A stretch of DNA of 64,000 bases from Acidobacteriota bacterium (lineage in GTDB: Bacteria; Acidobacteriota; UBA6911; RPQK01; JADFOI01). Below, in pieces: positions 58,397-64,000 of the stretch. The notes under the pieces were generated by a model, which made no database searches, was not told the DNA's origin, and was given only the letters and a program-made list of their open reading frames with translations. Position 1 is the stretch's first letter, and every line of letters begins with the position of its first letter. A program made the position numbers and the translations under genes. Location of the stretch: contig OY760074.1 in the NCBI GenBank assembly GCA_963663035.1, forward strand, positions 768,001-832,000, in the 5' to 3' direction.

Positions 58397-58750
58397 ATGC
58401 CACGTTTGGAACGGACTCTGGAAGCCATCCTTGATGAAGTAGACGAGTTAGAACAGGTGCCTAAAGAGGACCTGTCTTTTGGCGATCAGGTGCGGGTAAC
58501 CACCTTCGACGCGGTCTACTCGATCCATGTGCTTGAGGACGGTTTCTACGCCGTGTCCGGCGGGTGGTTTGATCGCCACGGCCTGTCCCCCTGTAAAACA
58601 ACGATTAGCGGTTGCACCTGGGGCGGCAGTGCGATCAAGATTGACATTGTGGCAGCCTTAGGCTTGCGCCTGGAGTTCGGCAACCGACTCTTGAGTAGCC
58701 CTATTCAAAGGGTTGAAGTCATTCGATTCGAGGGCGAGCAGATTCACTGA
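58397..58750 (+). CDS. Conserved-looking hypothetical protein
   Basis: VSGGWFD, GCTWGGSAIK, LEFGN motifs. Confidence 0.65.
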   Translation: MPRLERTLEAILDEVDELEQVPKEDLSFGDQVRVTTFDAVYSIHVLEDGFYAVSGGWFDRHGLSPCKTTISGCTWGGSAIKIDIVAALGLRLEFGNRLLSSPIQRVEVIRFEGEQIH

Positions 58751-58767
58751 CCCTCCCCACCTTCTCC

Positions 58768-59826
58768 TCAGTCCTTTGAATTCCCAATAAAACTGACCAT
58801 CAGATCGGCAACCTCGCGGGGGTATTCCTGAAAGACATAGTGCATGCTCTGGTTGAAAAGGTGCAGCTCAGTGCGATCGACCACGGCGCTGATGATGTTG
58901 AAGATCTCGATGCCAATTGTATAAGAGGCTCCTGGATCATTGAATCCCCAGATAATCAAGGTTGGAGCCTTCAAGCGGCCTGCCTTGACTCGGGAGTAGG
59001 TTTCACGCTTCATGTCATCGATCCACCACCCGCCCCGAGACCTGGGGTTTTCCGCCATTTTTTCCGGATTCTTCTCCACCCACTGCGCAGTCAACGACCT
59101 CATTTTCTCGCTAGCTTCCCTGAACTTGGGAAGCAAGGAGACTCGGAGTTCCTCCTCAACAAAAGCATCGGTGAGGGAGTCTTTATGGTGTAAGCGGGAA
59201 ACCCAGAATTCACGAATAGACTCTTCGGTTGGAGTAGGGGGTTCCACTTGTTGAGGTTGAGTCGGAGTCGGTGGTGCCGCTGGGGGAGGTTGAGTTGGGG
59301 CGGAAGTCGTCTGGCTGGGTGGGTTTAGAGTGGCAGGATTCAGGGTGTTGCTGTCGTAGATGGTGAGAGTCTCTATCATCTCGGGGTGATCGGCAGCGAT
59401 ACGGAGCGAGGGCAGAGCACCTCTGGAGTGACCCGCCAGATGGACTTTCTGCATACCTAGCGTTTCCATAAACCTGTAAATATGCTGAGCGACTCCCAGC
59501 ATCGTGTAGTCGGCGTCCCTGATGGGATTTTCCGTATAACCCTGACCCAGCTTGTCTATGACATAGACGTGGAAATGTGGGGTCAGGTCATCAAAAATAG
59601 CTCTAAAATTATTGGAAAAATGGGCCGCGGAACCGAAGCCACCGCCGTGGACCAGCACCATGGCTTCGCCACTTCCCCCTTCAAAGTACCCGGTCCTGAC
59701 TCCATCCACGTCCACAAACTGGATCTCCCCCATCGGTGCTGCGGACAAGTGTGTTGTTGTAAAGAAAAGCAAAGCGGCCCAGCTGGCCAGAAAGTGTTTG
59801 AAGAAAGCCCTTCTCGGATAATTCAT
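58768..59826 (-). CDS. Alpha/beta hydrolase, Tat-like signal (paralog A)
   Basis: PRRAFF, LVHGG, GHSRG nucleophile elbow, IIWG..D, late His. Confidence 0.85.
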   Translation of the reverse strand: MNYPRRAFFKHFLASWAALLFFTTTHLSAAPMGEIQFVDVDGVRTGYFEGGSGEAMVLVHGGGFGSAAHFSNNFRAIFDDLTPHFHVYVIDKLGQGYTENPIRDADYTMLGVAQHIYRFMETLGMQKVHLAGHSRGALPSLRIAADHPEMIETLTIYDSNTLNPATLNPPSQTTSAPTQPPPAAPPTPTQPQQVEPPTPTEESIREFWVSRLHHKDSLTDAFVEEELRVSLLPKFREASEKMRSLTAQWVEKNPEKMAENPRSRGGWWIDDMKRETYSRVKAGRLKAPTLIIWGFNDPGASYTIGIEIFNIISAVVDRTELHLFNQSMHYVFQEYPREVADLMVSFIGNSKD

Positions 59827-59838
59827 CTTTCTGCTACC

Positions 59839-60852
59839 TCACTTGGTGTTTGAGACCTTTGAGTTTTTGATGAAACCGACCATCAGATCGGCAATTTCAC
59901 GGGGATAGTCCTGAAAACCATAGTGCCCGCACTGGTTGAAAAGGTGCAGCTCGGTGCGATCGACAACCGCGCTGACGATGTTGTAGATATCGATGCCAAG
60001 TGTATAAGAGGCTGATGGATCGTTGAACCCCCAGATAATCAAGGTCGGAGCCTTCAACTGACCAGCATTGATTCGGTCGTAGGTTTCACGCTTCATCTCA
60101 TCGTACCACCACCTGCGCTGAAGCCCTGGGTTCTCCTCCAGTTTCTCCGGATTGTTCTTGACCCACTGATCAGTCAACGAACTCATCTTGTCCCTGGCTT
60201 CCTTGAGTTCGGGAAGCAATGAGACTCGGAATTCCTCCTCAACAAAAGCATCGGTAATAGACTCTTGATGGAATAAACGGGTAGACCAGACTTCACGAAT
60301 AGACTCTCTGGTTGGGGTCGGGTTCTCCACTTGTGGAGGTTGAGTCGGGCTGGAAGTCGTTTGGCTTGGCGAGGATGGAGGGTCAGGGGCCAGGGTGTTG
60401 CTGTCGAAGATGGTGAGAGTCTCTATTAACTCGGGGTGATCGGTAGCGACCCGGATAGCGGGCAGAGCACCTCTGGAGTGGCCCACCAGATGGACCTTCT
60501 GCAAACCCAGCGTCTCCATGAACTTGAAAAGATGCTGGGTGACTGCCAGCATCGTGTAGTCGGCGTCGCGGAGGGGATTATCCGTATGACCCTGATCGAG
60601 CTTGTCTATGGCATAGACATGGAAGTGTGGTTCCAGATAGTCAAAGATAACTCTCCAGTTATTGGAAAAATGGCCTCGAATATCACCGAAGGCACCGCCG
60701 TGGACCAGCACCATGGCTTGGCCGCTTCCCCCTTCGACGTATCCGGTCCTGACCCCATCCACGTCCATAAACTTGACCTCCTCCATCGGAGCCGCGTACG
60801 ACTGTGTCGTTCTAAAGAGGAGCAAAGCGGCCAGACTGGCCAGAGAGTGCAT
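59839..60852 (-). CDS. Alpha/beta hydrolase (paralog B)
   Basis: Highly similar to the neighbouring gene; GHSRG; start placed by the shared upstream GGTAGCAGAAAGATG. Confidence 0.85.
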   Translation of the reverse strand: MHSLASLAALLLFRTTQSYAAPMEEVKFMDVDGVRTGYVEGGSGQAMVLVHGGAFGDIRGHFSNNWRVIFDYLEPHFHVYAIDKLDQGHTDNPLRDADYTMLAVTQHLFKFMETLGLQKVHLVGHSRGALPAIRVATDHPELIETLTIFDSNTLAPDPPSSPSQTTSSPTQPPQVENPTPTRESIREVWSTRLFHQESITDAFVEEEFRVSLLPELKEARDKMSSLTDQWVKNNPEKLEENPGLQRRWWYDEMKRETYDRINAGQLKAPTLIIWGFNDPSASYTLGIDIYNIVSAVVDRTELHLFNQCGHYGFQDYPREIADLMVGFIKNSKVSNTK

Positions 60853-61010
60853 CTTTCTGCTACCGCCTCTTGGGTTATGGAAGATCGTTGTACCGAGCAA
60901 GGTTCATCTTCCCCTTAATTAGGGTGTGATTCTTGTAGATACTAGAACGTTAGGGGGTTGAAGGCAACGGAAATGTGGGTACGGCTCTGACGGAGCTAAC
61001 GAGGTTCAAA

Positions 61011-61038
61011 CAGAGCCGTGGGCTTTAGCCCACGGGCC
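61011..61038. repeat. REP-like hairpin
   Basis: CAGAGCCGTGGGCTTTAGCCCACGGGCC. Confidence 0.75.
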
Positions 61039-62038
61039 TGTCAGCGGTCAGGTGTCAGTTGTCAGCGGGGTACAGACCGGGGACATAGGTAACAAAACAG
61101 ACCGGAGACATGGGTGACAGTCTAGTAGGGGAGTATGGAGGCCCAAAGGAGGTGCCCCATGCCCTGGAAGAAGACGGAACCCATGAAAGAGCGAGTCTGT
61201 TTTGTGGCGGAAGTGGAAGAAGGTCGGTTCAACATGAGTGAATTGAGTGAGCGTTACGGGGTGAGCCGGAAGACAGGTTACAAGTGGTGGGGGCGTTACC
61301 AGAAAGAGGGGATTATGGGATTGCAGGATCGCAGCCGGACACCGCATCACAGTCCCACCCGGACGCCAGAGAAAGTGGCCGAAGCGATCCTAGAGGCGAA
61401 GCGGAAACATCCTCGCTGGGGAGCTCGCACGTTGCTGCCCTGGCTGAGGCGACGTCACCCGGAGGTGAAGTGGCCAGTCAGCTCGACGGCGCAGGAAATC
61501 CTCAAGCGGAAGGGTCTGACTGAGCCCCGCCGACGTCGTCGAAGGCACGCCAGTAGGAGCGAACCGGTGCTGGAGGTCGGGAAACCCCATGAGGTGCTGA
61601 CGGCGGACTTCAAGGGAGAGTTCCGTACCCAGGACGGGAGTTATTGTTATCCGCTGACGGTGGCGGACTACATGAGTCGGTACTTGCTGGCGTGTCAAGG
61701 TTTCGCGTCAACGGCCGGGGGACCGGTCAAGGGGGTGTTTGTGCAAATATTCCGTGAGTACGGGTTGCCGCAGGCGATCTTGACCGACAACGGGACTCCC
61801 TTTGCGAGTACGGGACTGTGTCGCCTCTCGCGGCTGTCGGTCTGGTGGATCCGCCTGGGGATTGACCCGGTGTTGATTCAACCTGGACATCCCGAGCAAA
61901 ACGGGAGGCACGAACGAATGCACCGGACGCTCAAGGAACACACCACTCGGCCTCCAGCGGCGAACCGAGCAGCACAACAGAAGGGGTTTAACCGCTTTCG
62001 AGCCGAGTATAACCAAGAGCGACCCCACCAGGCACTGC

Positions 62039-63305
62039 TGACCTTGCCCCCTAAAACGAGTCCAGTTTGAATGTTAGGATTTCCGGTTTAGGAAGGAGGC
62101 AAGGATGGCAGGGAAGCGGTTTAGGGCAGAACAGATCATCATGAAGCTGCGTGAGGCAGAGGTGGGTCTGGCCCAAGGACAGAGGGTGGGACAGGTGTCG
62201 AAGCAGATGGGGGTGAGCGAGCAGACCTACTACCGGTGGCGCAAAGAGTACGGAGGGCTCCGGTTGGACCAGGCCAAGAGGTTGAAGGTGTTGGAGAAGG
62301 AGAATACCCGGTTGAAGAAGCTGGTGGCGGATCTGTCTTTGGACAAGCAGATCCTGAAGGAAGTGTCCTCGGGAAACTTCTAGGCCCGGCGAACAGGAGA
62401 CGAGCGGTGATGTGGGTACGAGAGCGATTAGGAGCAGAGCGAGTCTCCGAACGTCGGGCCTGCCAAGTGCTGGGACAGGTTCGATCGACCCAGCGAAGGG
62501 AAAGGCAAATTCCCGATGATGAGGCCCGATTGGTGGCCCGGATGGTGGAGTTGGCTACGCAATACGGGCGTTATGGCTACCGGCGGGTCACGGCGATACT
62601 TCATGGGGAAGGGTGGAAGGTGAATCCTAAGCGGGTGGAGAGGCTGTGGAGACAAGAAGGGCTGAAAGTCCCGTCCAGACAGCCGAAACGAAGGAGGCTG
62701 TGGCTTAATGACGGTTCCTGTGTTCGGTTACGAGCGGCTCGCAAGAACCACGTCTGGAGCTATGATTTCGTGCATGAACGGACCCATGATGGGCGAGCCT
62801 TTCGGCTATTGACGATCCTGGATGAGTACACCAGAGAGTGCCTCGCCATTGATGTGAAACGGCAGATGAATCACCAAGACGTGTTGGACCGGCTGGCGGA
62901 GTTATTCGTTGATCGGGGAGTGCCTGAGTTTATCCGGTCCGATAACGGATCGGAGTTTACGGCACAGGCGGTCCGGGACTGGCTGCAGGCTGTTGGGGTA
63001 AGGACCTTGTACATCGAGCCGGGCAGCCCCTGGGAGAATGGGTACATTGAGAGTTTCAACGGGAAACTACGGGATGAGCTGCTGAACATGGAGATCTTCG
63101 ACACGCTGGGGGAAGCCAAGGTGTTGGTAGAACGCTGGCGGAGGGATTACAATCAGATCCGGCCTCACAGCGCCTTGGCCTATCGGCCGCCGGCGCCAGA
63201 GGCCAAACTACCTAGGTCGCAGGCACTGGATCCAATCCCTTGGAGTGGACTTCAAATGGTCCCGGGTCTAGCATAGAGGGTGGACTCGTTCGTGGGGGCA
63301 GGTCA
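62039..63305 (+). mobile_element. IS3-family (IS407-group-like) element, 1267 bp
   Basis: IRs TGACCTTGCCCCC..ACGAGTCCA / TGGACTCGT..GGGGGCAGGTCA; 4-bp target duplication CTGC (62035-38, 63306-09). Confidence 0.92.
62105..63276 (+). CDS. IS3 OrfAB transposase via -1 frameshift
   Basis: OrfA 62105-62383; slippery G-GGA-AAC at 62371-77; Orf[26 protein letters not shown]. Confidence 0.9.
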
Positions 63306-63735
63306 CTGCAGGAGAGAACTCCAGCAGAAGTACACCGTCCTTCTGAGCGGCCCTATCCGAAGCGCTTGCCACGGTTGGAGTATCCGGGTTACTTTGAGGT
63401 GCGGCGGGTTGGTTCAAACGGGTGTATTCGCTGGCAAGGACACCGGCTGTTCTTAAGCGGGGTTCTCCAAGGGCAGGACGTTGGTCTGAATGAGATTGAG
63501 GATGGAATCTGGTCGGTGTGCTTTGGATCGGTTCTACTGGGACGTTACGATGAACGACAACAACGCTTATACGGTTAGGAGGGGTATCGAAGGGAGCCCT
63601 ACGGGCTCCCTTCGATACCCCTCCTACTCCGTGAAAGTGTTACCTATGTCTCCGGTCTAAAGTGTTACCTATGTCCCCGAATCTTCACGGGAGCGGCCGC
63701 TCACCGAGCCAGCAGGTGTTCCCCCATGATCTGGG

Positions 63736-63996
63736 CTAAATGTCTTGTTCCCCTTGATCCCTCTTCTCCTTGCACATCTTCTCTTTCTCTCTCCACATTT
63801 TCTCTTTCCACATTCTTCGGCGAGGGTTGACGTTGCGCCCGACTACCCCACGACCCAGGATCCAAGAGGCCATGGCGGCCAGGAGCACTAAGCCAAAAGC
63901 GTTGCTGAAGCTCATGGGAACCGCGCCAAACAGATCCGGCATGGCCATGTTCCAGGAGAAATACACCGCAATGGTGGCCACGATGATCACCAGCAT
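63736..63996 (-). CDS. Small membrane protein (may extend beyond window)
   Basis: Two TM segments, WNMAMPDLFG. Confidence 0.55.
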   Translation of the reverse strand: MLVIIVATIAVYFSWNMAMPDLFGAVPMSFSNAFGLVLLAAMASWILGRGVVGRNVNPRRRMWKEKMWREKEKMCKEKRDQGEQDI

Positions 63997-64000
63997 GGTC

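Larger units (their letters stand above)
61159..63578 (+). pseudogene. IS481 transposase split by insertion
   Basis: Removing 62039-63309 restores RPHQAL-QERTPAEVH..RLYG in frame. Confidence 0.88.
61070..63688 (+). mobile_element. IS481-family element interrupted by an IS3-family element (ends approximate)
   Basis: Doubled IR motifs GGGGACATAGGTAACA / TGTTACCTATGTCCCC; transposase halves either side of the IS3. Confidence 0.85.

Noticed and set aside
63240-63578. Independent 112-aa gene
   Set aside because: It is the C-terminal remainder of the interrupted IS481 transposase read from within the IS3 end

Overview
Bacterial chromosomal window whose gene content (DUF1592/DUF1552 cluster, PQQ-type dehydrogenase, VWA protein, Ser/Thr kinase remnant) looks Acidobacteria-like; this taxonomy is an inference. 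The left end (1 to ~6.8 kb) appears to be the tail of an island bounded by a tRNA-Pro 3' fragment, followed by an IS481-family element. The middle is mostly housekeeping and accessory genes (mutM, panBC, sppA, M16 peptidase pair, hflKC, pepF, rimI, gltA, mobBA, arfB) interspersed with a MITE-like repeat, REP-like hairpins and heptamer repeats. The right end holds an IS481 interrupted by an IS3-family element. The main signal missed by the ORF track is three split ORF pairs in 38.7-50.7 kb that each join through one in-frame TGA at the family's redox-Cys position, each followed by a SECIS-like hairpin. These are predicted exported selenoproteins: a Trx(UAGC)-TPR-nDsbD-like fusion, a DUF3179 protein and a DsbA (UPFC). 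An ECF sigma / zinc anti-sigma / arsS / arsM arsenosugar-type operon lies between the first two. All family assignments are by motif recognition; no searches were run.
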